Part shown: positions 1 through 8,567 of the stretch, one piece after another
Position numbering within the stretch: the stretch's first letter is position 1
Layout: each line of letters starts with the position of its first letter
The notes under the pieces: generated by a model
Database searches by the model: none
The model's input: only the letters and a program-made list of their open reading frames with translations
Told to the model about the DNA's origin: nothing
Origin: an uncultured Chloroflexia bacterium
Lineage (GTDB): Bacteria; Chloroflexota; Dehalococcoidia; Dehalococcoidales; RBG-16-60-22
Reading direction: 5' to 3'
Assembly: GCA_963796365.1 (NCBI GenBank)
Contig: CAWCLJ010000004.1
Coordinates: 1,162,519-1,226,518 of the forward strand
Length of the DNA: 64,000 bases
Made by a program: the position numbers and the translations under genes

Positions 1-202
1 TGGTTTGGGTGGGCTTCACCGTATTTATCGGGGCTATCGTATTTTACGCGAGGAGTCGGGGGAAAAGCGGGGAACAGGTAAAAATAGGGTGGCCTAACCG
101 GATTATGATGCTTACCTACCTGGCGTGGCTTGTTATAATAGCCCGGGCGGTTTGGTAACCGGGAAAGTTACAGGGTCCGCCGGTGCAAATCCAACCGCCG
201 CG

Positions 203-970
203 CTATTCGTGTAAGAATTGCAACAGGTCCATCGGATGCTGAATAAGCGCTTTTGCCCCTCCGGCGAGTAGTTCTTCCGCTGTACGGAAACCCCATAATG
301 CCCCGATGGGAAACATTTTCGCGGCAACCGCTGTCTGCATATCGGTAGCTGAATCACCCAGGTAAAGAAATTCGCCGGGCTTTATTTTCATCTGCCGCGA
401 TATTTGCAGCGCGGCTGAAGGGTCCGGTTTTAACGGAATGCCGGGCTGTTCCCCCTGCACGCTCTCAAAATGCCAGCGCGGTAAAAGTCTGGAGACCATT
501 ATTTCCGCCGGTTTCTGCGGCTTGTTGGAAAGGATGGCCATGCGGATGCCCGAGGTAGTCAGGGCGTCCAGTAATTCCGGTATACCCGGATAAGGCAGAG
601 TGTGTTCCGACCATTTTCTTGAATACGTTTCATCTATTTGAACGGCTGTTTTTTCCACCGTCGCCGGGTCGCGCCGGTCTTCCGGGAGCGCTCTGGATGC
701 CAGGACCCTGATGCCGTTACCGACAAAATAGCGGTAGGCTTCGACTTCGTGCTGCGGAAAGCCTGACCCGGCCAGGACATCGTTTGCTGCATCAGCCAGG
801 TCGCGGAGGGTATTTAAAAGAGTTCCATCGAGGTCAAACAGTACTGCCCGGTATACCACATTTAATATCTTAACATATCCTTTGACTTTGTCCGATAATC
901 TTATAGCGGACTTTAATGTTTTTATCGAATTAGCCTGCCTGAAACACGGCGGGCTTTTTTCCCCCATCAA
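203..970 (-). CDS. HAD-superfamily hydrolase, phosphoglycolate-phosphatase-like
   Basis: HAD motif I 'VLFDLDGTLLNT' and late motif 'YLGDSATD'. The first ~37 codons of the ORF look non-coding; GTG at 859, just before the DxD motif, is the more likely start. Confidence 0.8.
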   Translation of the reverse strand: MMGEKSPPCFRQANSIKTLKSAIRLSDKVKGYVKILNVVYRAVLFDLDGTLLNTLRDLADAANDVLAGSGFPQHEVEAYRYFVGNGIRVLASRALPEDRRDPATVEKTAVQIDETYSRKWSEHTLPYPGIPELLDALTTSGIRMAILSNKPQKPAEIMVSRLLPRWHFESVQGEQPGIPLKPDPSAALQISRQMKIKPGEFLYLGDSATDMQTAVAAKMFPIGALWGFRTAEELLAGGAKALIQHPMDLLQFLHE

Positions 971-1086
971 TTAGCACCCTTATCGTTTTTTAATGAAACC
1001 CCCAATTAGAGCTATGAAGATAACAGGTTTTCCCTAAGTGAGATTTACTATTGTCATCGGGCAAATATGTTCGGAAACTATAATCA

Positions 1087-1737
1087 GTGAACAAATTGCG
1101 CCAATCCATCCGGAAATATTTCCATCAGCCTAAAGCCATTATCCTGCTGGCTTCCACCGGCATAGGCATCCTTTTCTTTTGGCCGGTAACTTATATTTCA
1201 GAAATTCTGCACCAGCATTATGACCCGGTAAATAATACCGTCAGTCAGCTTCTCATAGGTCCGGGCAGTAATATCGAGCAGGCGGCTTTTCTCATCGTCG
1301 GATTTTTTGTCATCGTTTTCACCATCGGTCTGAACGCCTATATCAGACCGCCTAAAAAGAATACGTTTTACGCCGGCCTGATACTCATGATAATCGCGGG
1401 GCTGGCGGTATGTGCCATGGCATTTTCACCGCCGGAAAGCCCGGTTCACTCCGGAACAAAGCATGTTTTACTTGCGGTTACCACGCTCATGTTTTTCCCG
1501 GCTGCCTGCCTGCTCCTGGCCCGGCAGTTCCGGCATGAAGGCTGGCACGGGATAGCAATTTATACCCTGGTTGCAGGGCTGGCTGGCGCCGGTTTATGCG
1601 CCGCTGAAGCTTTTACGCCTGACAGGTGGCTGGGATTGGTGGAAAGGCTTGTAATAGCCAATGGGATGCTATGGTTCGGTATTATGGGCCTGTTTATGAT
1701 TTACCGTGTTTTAAAGATGGGGCTGAAAACCGCTTGA
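1087..1737 (+). CDS. multi-pass membrane protein, DUF998-like
   Basis: 216-aa hydrophobic ORF. 'YDPVNNTVSQL...G' resembles the Y-P-x4-ISxL start of DUF998 proteins. Paralogous to 3213-4088. Confidence 0.5.
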   Translation: MNKLRQSIRKYFHQPKAIILLASTGIGILFFWPVTYISEILHQHYDPVNNTVSQLLIGPGSNIEQAAFLIVGFFVIVFTIGLNAYIRPPKKNTFYAGLILMIIAGLAVCAMAFSPPESPVHSGTKHVLLAVTTLMFFPAACLLLARQFRHEGWHGIAIYTLVAGLAGAGLCAAEAFTPDRWLGLVERLVIANGMLWFGIMGLFMIYRVLKMGLKTA

Positions 1738-1881
1738 GCCCGGGTTGGTTTGCCCGATCCAGTATCAGCAAATGCAACAACAATGTAACTAATTCCGCGC
1801 GTGTTTTATAACTTCTTCATAAATCCGACTCTAGAATCGAAAGATGGGGATAGCCCCAAAAAAAACAATGGAGGGTAAATT

Positions 1882-2778
1882 ATGGGTTTCATTAATGTCG
1901 GCAAGGAGAATTCAACAAGCATCGATCTTTATTATGAGGACCACGGCATGGGAAAGCCGATCGTGCTGATACACGGCTGGCCGCTTAGCTCGGCGTCCTG
2001 GGAGAAGCAGCTTCATCCTTTGCTCGAGGCGGGTTACCGGGTAATAGCTTACGACCGCCGCGGGTTCGGGTATTCCAGCAGACCTTCGATGGGCTACAAT
2101 TATGATGTCATGGCGGAAGACCTGCACAAAATCATGACCAAACTCAACCTGCACGATGTAACGCTGGTAGGATTTTCCATGGGCGGCGGCGAGGTGGCGC
2201 GTTTTCTCGGTAAATACGGGTCCGACCGTGTAAGCAAGGCGGTTTTTATTTCGGCGATTACGCCTTTCCTGCTGAAGAAACCGGATAACCAGGAAGGCGT
2301 TGAAGGCAGCATGTTCGAAAGCATGCAGCAGGACCTTATGATGGACCGTCCGGCCTTCCTCACGAAATTCTTAAACGATTTCTACGATGTCGATATGTAC
2401 AAAGACAAACGGGTCACCGATGAAGTCCTGTGGCTTAGCTGGTACACCGGCGCTATGGCTTCCCCACTGGGGACGATAGAATGCGTCACCGCCTGGGGCA
2501 ACGATTTCCGGGACGACCTGCGGAAAATTGATATCCCCGCGCTTGTCATTCATGGCGATGCAGACCGGATTTGCCCTCTGGCGGCTTGCGGAAAGCGAAT
2601 GCCGGAGTTTGTTAAGGACTGCAAACTGTCCGTCATCAATGGCGCGCCGCACGGCATGAACTGGACGCATGCGGAAGAGATGCATAAAGAGCTAATGGCT
2701 TTCCTTAAGGAAGAAAGGCCGGTGAGAAAAGATAAGGTAAGAGTCGGCGCGAACTTGAACATGAATATGAATAAATAA
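1882..2778 (+). CDS. alpha/beta hydrolase, non-heme haloperoxidase/esterase family
   Basis: 'IVLIHGWPLSSASWEKQ', nucleophile elbow 'GFSMGGGEV' and C-terminal 'HG..W' are typical of this family. SD 'GGAGGG' lies upstream of the ATG. Confidence 0.85.
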   Translation: MGFINVGKENSTSIDLYYEDHGMGKPIVLIHGWPLSSASWEKQLHPLLEAGYRVIAYDRRGFGYSSRPSMGYNYDVMAEDLHKIMTKLNLHDVTLVGFSMGGGEVARFLGKYGSDRVSKAVFISAITPFLLKKPDNQEGVEGSMFESMQQDLMMDRPAFLTKFLNDFYDVDMYKDKRVTDEVLWLSWYTGAMASPLGTIECVTAWGNDFRDDLRKIDIPALVIHGDADRICPLAACGKRMPEFVKDCKLSVINGAPHGMNWTHAEEMHKELMAFLKEERPVRKDKVRVGANLNMNMNK

Positions 2779-2806
2779 AAAGCCCTGACAATTGGATATA
2801 AGACGA

Positions 2807-2835
2807 AGCCCCCGGTAAAATCCGGGGGCTTTTTT
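2807..2835 (+). terminator. rho-independent terminator after the hydrolase gene
   Basis: Perfect 9-bp stem AGCCCCCGG/CCGGGGGCT with a 6-nt loop, followed by TTTTTT. Confidence 0.8.
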
Positions 2836-3037
2836 GTTAACAAATAATCCATAATTCACGCCCATTTAACCTTTCATGTCTAGGGAACAGCATTACCTGA
2901 AAACCCCTTTTCAACCCTGGAAAAACCGGTGACCCAGCGATTCTCCATCGAGTTAAAAGCAGGGCGATTCGGCGGGTTTAAAATATATGAATAACGATGA
3001 AGTATCTTAGGTAAATACCTGATTTCCCCCGTATACA

Positions 3038-3066
3038 TTGACACAGGAAAGCACCATCGGTAGAAT
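3038..3066 (+). promoter_or_regulatory. near-consensus sigma70-type promoter
   Basis: TTGACA (3038-3043), a 17-bp spacer, then TAGAAT (3061-3066). Confidence 0.6.
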
Positions 3067-3139
3067 CAAAAGTGACGTAAGTATACCGGCCCAAAGAAAG
3101 CGTACCGGCGGCGAGGGGCGGATAGTTATAATAATACGA

Positions 3140-3169
3140 AACCGGGGGTCTTAGGTCCCCGGTTTTTTT
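3140..3169 (+). terminator. terminator/attenuator hairpin upstream of the DUF998-like gene
   Basis: 8-bp stem AACCGGGG/CCCCGGTT followed by a T7 run. It lies ~70 nt after the promoter at 3038 and ~45 nt before the start codon at 3213. Confidence 0.6.
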
Positions 3170-3212
3170 ATTGCTTTCCGGGACCGGTAAATCCAAAAAC
3201 AGGTGAGAAAAA

Positions 3213-4088
3213 ATGGTCCAGAATCTTACTCAAACCAAATTTTCGCCGGAAGAAATTACCGGCCAACTGGAGCAGGAAGTCCGGTCATTATGGCGGATGA
3301 TGCCGCGAGGAATATTACGCGGCGCCGAGTTACTGGTTTCCGCAATTCCGGTCCTCTGTATCATCGCGACGGTCATCGCCCAGGTATTATATACGGGCTA
3401 CAATCCCTGGCAGGATGCTATCAGCTCGCTGGTATGGAGCCCTCACGGGGCCATTCAAACGGCCGTCTTTTACCTCCTCGGGTTCTCGGTGTTAATCCTG
3501 GCGGTAAAATTATTCTTCAAGGCTAAACAGACGGTTTTGAAGACCGGTATTATCGCGCTGGCCTTAACCGGGGTAGGAATGGTGATGGTGGGGATATTCC
3601 CCGCGGCGCGTAACGGGTTCCCGCAAACGGTTATCAGCGATATCCATTTAAACACTTCTTCGGCGCTTATCTTCCTTTTCCCCATCGCCTGCTTTATTAT
3701 GGCCCCGAAGCTGAAAGAGTGCTTTTCCCGCCGCTGGCTATCCACATACACGCTGATTTCCGGCATACTGGGTATTGTATTCATCGGGGTAGAGGCATGG
3801 CTGCACTTTGCCGGCCGAGGCTGGATGGGCACTCTGGAACGGCTGGAGATATTGAACGGGATTGCCTGGGTGCAAACGGTGACGATACTGACGCTTAACA
3901 ACAGCAGCCAAAAGCGGCCTGAGACTGCCGGCGAGCTTAAAAACGCCGCAAAGAGTGAAGCAAAACCGCGGAGAACTTCAAGAATTATCCGGGCCGCGGC
4001 ACTAACGGCTTTGTGCGCTTTGATTCTGGTTCCGGCTATTCAGTTTGCCGGGCGGTCACGTAAAAAACAGGTGAAGGGTGGGTGTTAA
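3213..4088 (+). CDS. multi-pass membrane protein, DUF998-like, with basic C-terminal tail
   Basis: 291-aa ORF. 'YNPWQDAISSLVWSPHG' matches the same motif as ORF 1087-1737. Several TM segments. Confidence 0.5.
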   Translation: MVQNLTQTKFSPEEITGQLEQEVRSLWRMMPRGILRGAELLVSAIPVLCIIATVIAQVLYTGYNPWQDAISSLVWSPHGAIQTAVFYLLGFSVLILAVKLFFKAKQTVLKTGIIALALTGVGMVMVGIFPAARNGFPQTVISDIHLNTSSALIFLFPIACFIMAPKLKECFSRRWLSTYTLISGILGIVFIGVEAWLHFAGRGWMGTLERLEILNGIAWVQTVTILTLNNSSQKRPETAGELKNAAKSEAKPRRTSRIIRAAALTALCALILVPAIQFAGRSRKKQVKGGC

Positions 4089-4170
4089 TTCACTAAATTG
4101 ACGCCGGAGAGAGGGCAGGGGGAAAATATTTTTCAATCGTGGGGCAGCTTCAATTTGTGACAAAATACTA

Positions 4171-4200
4171 TTGACATGATTAGAACACCAGTGCTAATAT
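4171..4200 (+). promoter_or_regulatory. near-consensus promoter with extended -10
   Basis: TTGACA (4171-4176), an 18-bp spacer, then TGcTAATAT (4192-4200). It reads into the tandem repeat array. Confidence 0.6.
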
Positions 4201-4267
4201 AGGCTGTCAAGAGAAACGAAGATGGATAGGTGTGAACGTGAGACAACTATGAGAAATTCGATTCCAA

Positions 4268-4480
4268 CATTATGTTATTTCAGGCTTGACCCAGGCGTGA
4301 TTCGTTTTTCAGGGGTATTATGGAAAGCTAATCTCGCATCAGGCGTGAATCGTTTTTTAAGGGTATTATGTTAAATCAGGCTCGGTCCAGGCATAAATCG
4401 TTTTTTTGACATATTATGGTAAGCCTAGATACGATTCAGGCTCAAGGGCCTTTTTCAGGGTAGTTATGGTAAGTGATAGT
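4268..4480 (+). repeat. 48-bp tandem repeat, about 4.3 units
   Basis: Unit starts at 4268, 4316, 4364, 4412 and 4461. Conserved cores are TATTATGG, CAGGC and CGTTTTTT; the rest is degenerate. Confidence 0.85.
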
Positions 4481-4741
4481 GGATAGTGAATAGTGAATAG
4501 GGTTGAGGGTTAAGGGTTGAGGGGTGAGAAAAACTTCAAACTCTAAATCCTAAAACTCTAAACAAGCACGAAATACGAAGCTCGAAGCACGAAAGCCCCA
4601 CCACAAACCATTCCGTCCCCCGTATCGCAGTACGGGTTCAACCTGGTTCCACCGAGGTCACCACGAGGTGAACGGTTCACCGTGAACGGGGCAGGCTTGC
4701 AACGGTATGGTTACGGGTGGGTGATAACCCATCTTACTACA

Positions 4742-4870
4742 TTATTTCAGGACAGCGCGGACAAGGCGGATAACGCACTCTTCATCCAAAGAGGGCAGGC
4801 CCAAGTGAGCGCCGGCCAGGCCGATGGGCGAGACTCTTTCTCCGGTGCTACCGAGCGTGCGGTAAGTCAT
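4742..4870 (-). pseudogene. aldo/keto reductase, N-terminal 42-codon fragment
   Basis: Translates to 'MTYRTLGSTGERVSPIGLAGAHLGLPSLDEECVIRLVRAVLK*', a typical AKR N-terminus. The reading frame then ends in repeat modules. Confidence 0.6.
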
Positions 4871-4992
4871 GGAATTTTCAGGATATTTAAACCGGAGGGT
4901 TTTAAGATTAGGGGAGAATACTTATAAAGGTTAGACTGAACGAGAAAGGAAGGTAGGTATTTGCGGTAAATAATTTTAGTGGATTATGTATC

Positions 4993-6672
4993 TTAAGGAA
5001 TTTTATTTTCATATACGTAATCGTATAAATTCCTAGCTTCTAGGTTGTTATTTTCAGCAAGTATTTGTGCTAAATATGAAGTCGATAAGGTAAGATTAGC
5101 ATTGTCTTTTGCAAACTGACGTATTTTTGCAAGTAATTGTTTTCCTTCAGATAAAGTATGCCTTTTTGAGGCATCATTCCATATTAGATCAAATTTTGGC
5201 TTTATTTCTTCATAAACGGTATAAAATTCTTTACCTTTTGCAATAGGCGAAAATTTTATAGTTGCTTGTACATATTTTATTAGAGTTGGTTCATGTAACT
5301 CGTTATAAGTTGAATTTAAGAAATCTAAAAAGAGATTACGCAATTGTTGTGGAAATATCGATAATAATAAATCTTGTTGAAGAAAAATATTTTCAAATTC
5401 ATGTCCAGGTGTGAACGTTGTCCTAATCCCATTTCTTAAAAGCTCAATTGAAATTTTCTCAAGATAATCACCTGGATAAAAATCTTTGTCTAATAATAAA
5501 GAAAAAGAAGGTTCTTTTGCAAAGAACATTTTGTAAGCATTTTTATACGAAGAACAATCTTGCCACTTATTCAAGCCGAAAATTGGAATGTTATGAGTAC
5601 GAACAGATGAACCAAAGGCCTTAGCAATTTGTGTCAATAATGCATAGTCTTGAACATTCTCAGTAAAAATTATTCTCTCTACATCCTCAAATTGCGAGGC
5701 CACAAGATTAAATGAACTACCTATATCTTGGCGAATTTCCTCTAGACGATCTCTATTTTGAGTTGGTGTTGGTTTTGAAATATTGATTCCGCGTTTTATA
5801 TGTAAAATATGACTGAAATCAACCTCATTCATTAATTCAGAGGAATGTGTTGCAATTATCATTGAACCGGTAAAATATTCACGGAAGGTCTGTATCATAA
5901 TATGTTGCATTTCAGGATGTAAGAATATTTCAGGTTCATCTAATACTATTGTAGAACAATAAGAAAGTCTGACGAGATGGGTCATGAGTTGTAGCCAAAT
6001 TTGGAAACCTTGACCAGCGTAAGAAATTTCTCCCGTAATATTTCTTTCGGTAAAGGGACAATAAAGAATGTTTGTAGAACGATCATGTCCGACATCTCCG
6101 AGTATAGTTCTATTCCATGTTTCATAAATAATATTTTTTACTAATTCTCGTTGCTCGGGAGTTAGAAGTTGATATATATGATTTCTAATATGTAAAGGAG
6201 CTAATGAAGTATTTAAATGACTAAGAATATGGTCCCTACTTAAAAGTGCTTCCTCTTCGCGGATTTGACCTAATGGAGGCATAAACCCTAAAAGTGATTT
6301 AAGTGATGAAGGAGAATAAGCAGGTAAATTACATATAACCTGTTCCTTCTCACTATCAATATGAACTATTATTTCACGGCCGTTATCAAGTTCTGCCTGA
6401 ATTTCTGCAATACCATCTTGAAAACCATGGATTAGTCTGCGTAAATTTAAATCCTTAAGGTCACTAGCGTACAGTTGATGTTCAACCTCTCGGGTAGTTC
6501 CTTTTGCAAATCTAAAAGAATTTTCAAGCAATCTAAGCGCACGAAGAAGAGAACTCTTTCCAACATTATTCTTCCCTGTTATTAGAACGAATGCTTGATT
6601 GTCAGTAGGAAATTCAAATTCGTGACTAGAGTATGGACCAAAATTTTGCAAAATTATCCGTTGGATTTTCAT
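4993..6672 (-). CDS. ABC-type ATPase fused to TOPRIM/DUF4435-like domain (OLD-family / PARIS-like nuclease candidate)
   Basis: Start 'MKIQRIILQNFGPY' at 6672. The listed ORF extends upstream only because it reads into the IS. Walker A 'GKNNVGKS', 'YAGQGFQ', Walker B 'IVLDEPEIFLHP', 'ATHS'. C-terminal 'IIFTENVQD' and 'LLLDKDF'. Strongly AT-rich. Confidence 0.7.
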   Translation of the reverse strand: MKIQRIILQNFGPYSSHEFEFPTDNQAFVLITGKNNVGKSSLLRALRLLENSFRFAKGTTREVEHQLYASDLKDLNLRRLIHGFQDGIAEIQAELDNGREIIVHIDSEKEQVICNLPAYSPSSLKSLLGFMPPLGQIREEEALLSRDHILSHLNTSLAPLHIRNHIYQLLTPEQRELVKNIIYETWNRTILGDVGHDRSTNILYCPFTERNITGEISYAGQGFQIWLQLMTHLVRLSYCSTIVLDEPEIFLHPEMQHIMIQTFREYFTGSMIIATHSSELMNEVDFSHILHIKRGINISKPTPTQNRDRLEEIRQDIGSSFNLVASQFEDVERIIFTENVQDYALLTQIAKAFGSSVRTHNIPIFGLNKWQDCSSYKNAYKMFFAKEPSFSLLLDKDFYPGDYLEKISIELLRNGIRTTFTPGHEFENIFLQQDLLLSIFPQQLRNLFLDFLNSTYNELHEPTLIKYVQATIKFSPIAKGKEFYTVYEEIKPKFDLIWNDASKRHTLSEGKQLLAKIRQFAKDNANLTLSTSYLAQILAENNNLEARNLYDYVYENKIP

Positions 6673-6820
6673 AATATTTGACAAAGTATAAAACAAATAA
6701 ATAGGACAGTCAAGAAATAAAAATCGTTCATAACGCTTAAGATATACAAAAATCTCGTTTATTCTAAAAGCTAAATCATTATTTGTCAGTCCCCTCCTAG
6801 CCATATACGTAACCGAACCA

Positions 6821-8183
6821 GAGGTTCCGTCAATAGGTGTGTAAATGTCAGGCGACGGCAAGTACCTCCTCCTGTTTGATTTCTCCCGGGCCCAGGCTTT
6901 CGATACCCAGGTAAACTTCCTGTAATATCTCCGGTGCATCCAGCTTTCTGAATCGCTGCTCGGCAATCAAAAGCATCTTCCAGGTTACTGCCGTAGCGTT
7001 GGCCACTTTCTTAAAGCGCTTGGCCGCATCGGTCCGCAGTCTCAGAGCGGCGAAGGGCGATTCGACCGGGTTGGTGGTTCGAAGATGCTTCCAGTGCTCC
7101 TTCGGGAACCGATAAAAGGTCACCATCCGCTCCCAGTCATGCTCTAGTGCCGCGGCGGCCCGGTCATAGCCTTCTTTCCGGCACCAGCGGACGAAGTGGT
7201 CGCGCTTAACTTCGGCTTCCTCGCGGTCTGCCGAGTACACAATTCCCTGTAATTCATTCTTAGCATTGCCTTGTGCCTTCTTCGGTAACTTATCCAGCAC
7301 GTTTCGCACTTTGTGATTCCAGCAACGCTGCTCCAGCGCATCGGGAAAGACAGCATTCAAGGCTCCCCAGATGCCCAGGTGACCATCGCCCACTACCAGC
7401 CGGGGACAGTTCAGACCGCGTCCTTTGAGGGAACGCAACAGGTCGGACCAGCTTTCGGTAGATTCGCGATACCCGGGCTCCACCGCCAGGATCACCTTCC
7501 GCCCATCGCTTAATGCGCCGATCACCACCAGCAGCGCCGCCTTAGTTTTCTCCAGACCAGCCTTGATGTATACTCCGTCAACCCACATGTAGACCAGTCT
7601 CAGACCTTTGAGACTGCGCCGCCGCCACTCTTCCCATTCAGCTTGCCAGCTCTCCTTGAGTCGGGCTATCGTACTGGCGGAGATGGGCGCCTCTTCTCCC
7701 AACAGACCCCGTAGCGCCAGGTCAAAATCACCTTGCGCCAGACCGTGCAGGTAAAGCTGTGGTAAAAGCTGATTTACCTCTTTCGTCCTTCTGGCGAACA
7801 ACGGCAATACCCGGCTCTTGAAACGCTCCGCCAGACCTCTGACCCTGGGCCGGCGCACGGTAATGGTCCCACAGCCCAGCGTTAGCCTTCGCCGCTTGCC
7901 GTAGCCATTCCGGTACGCCCGCGAAGCATCCAGTCCCTCGCGCCGCTCGGACTTGCCGCGCCCCAACAGCTCTGTTATTTCATCTTCCAGTAGAGCCTGG
8001 ATGAATTCCCTCACCTTCACCCGCACCATCTCTTCGAGATAATCCCAGACTTTACTTGACGACTCCGGCTTCCCTGTGGTTTGCTTTCCCATGGTGGTGG
8101 GTACCCTCCTTCTGTTTGTTTCATCACTAACAGAAAGGGTACTCGCTGCCGCTAACTATTTCCACACTTTTTGATGATACCTC
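6821..8183 (-). mobile_element. IS256-family insertion sequence, apparently intact
   Basis: Imperfect terminal inverted repeats (GAGGTTCCGTCAATAGGTGTGTAAATG... versus the reverse complement GAGGTATCATCAAAAAGTGTGGAAATA...). 8-bp direct target duplication CCGAACCA at 6813-6820 and 8184-8191. Confidence 0.9.
6848..8092 (-). CDS. IS256-family (mutator-type) transposase
   Basis: 414-aa ORF with 'VYMWVDGVY', 'VVGDGHLG' and 'RCWNHKVRNVL' blocks characteristic of Transposase_mut. Confidence 0.9.
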   Translation of the reverse strand: MGKQTTGKPESSSKVWDYLEEMVRVKVREFIQALLEDEITELLGRGKSERREGLDASRAYRNGYGKRRRLTLGCGTITVRRPRVRGLAERFKSRVLPLFARRTKEVNQLLPQLYLHGLAQGDFDLALRGLLGEEAPISASTIARLKESWQAEWEEWRRRSLKGLRLVYMWVDGVYIKAGLEKTKAALLVVIGALSDGRKVILAVEPGYRESTESWSDLLRSLKGRGLNCPRLVVGDGHLGIWGALNAVFPDALEQRCWNHKVRNVLDKLPKKAQGNAKNELQGIVYSADREEAEVKRDHFVRWCRKEGYDRAAAALEHDWERMVTFYRFPKEHWKHLRTTNPVESPFAALRLRTDAAKRFKKVANATAVTWKMLLIAEQRFRKLDAPEILQEVYLGIESLGPGEIKQEEVLAVA

Positions 8184-8291
8184 CCGAACCAGGAAACCAT
8201 ACGCGTGTACTATAAGTGAGGTCACTTATTCTCGTGGAATATATACAGGTGGAATAATCGTAACGGCAATACGATTAAGGTGGTAACCGCT

Positions 8292-8522
8292 ATGTCTATC
8301 ACAGAAAAGTCAGAAAAAAAGATGCTCTCCCGGCTAAAGGGAGACAGCCGCTCCGGCCTGAAAATAGAAGTGGGGCCGGACAAACGCATTCGCCTGGTCC
8401 TGGATAAGAGTGGAGGCTCCCGGCAAAACTATATCAGCCCGGCCTATCTTGCCCAGGGAGAACTGGATTCTCTCCCCAATGAGACTTTTTTCGACGGGCA
8501 GGATGATGACTTCGATTTCTAA
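8292..8522 (+). CDS. small hypothetical protein with acidic C-terminus
   Basis: ATG at 8292 preceded by AAGGTGG. 76 aa ending in 'DGQDDDFDF'. Host-like composition. No family recognised. Confidence 0.4.
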   Translation: MSITEKSEKKMLSRLKGDSRSGLKIEVGPDKRIRLVLDKSGGSRQNYISPAYLAQGELDSLPNETFFDGQDDDFDF

Positions 8523-8567
8523 AGGCGGGTCGATGGCGGCGCCAAACCTGAATGACGGTACTGATGA

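Noticed and set aside
4268-4480. Whether the 48-bp periodic array is a CRISPR array.
   Set aside because: The segments between the conserved cores are themselves related (shared CAGGC and T-runs) rather than unique spacers. The period is constant with degenerate repeats. No cas genes or leader-like context are present.
4682-4927. 81-aa plus-strand ORF.
   Set aside because: It is antisense to a clear aldo-keto reductase N-terminal fragment (4742-4870) and begins inside repeat modules. It has no SD and shows no family resemblance.
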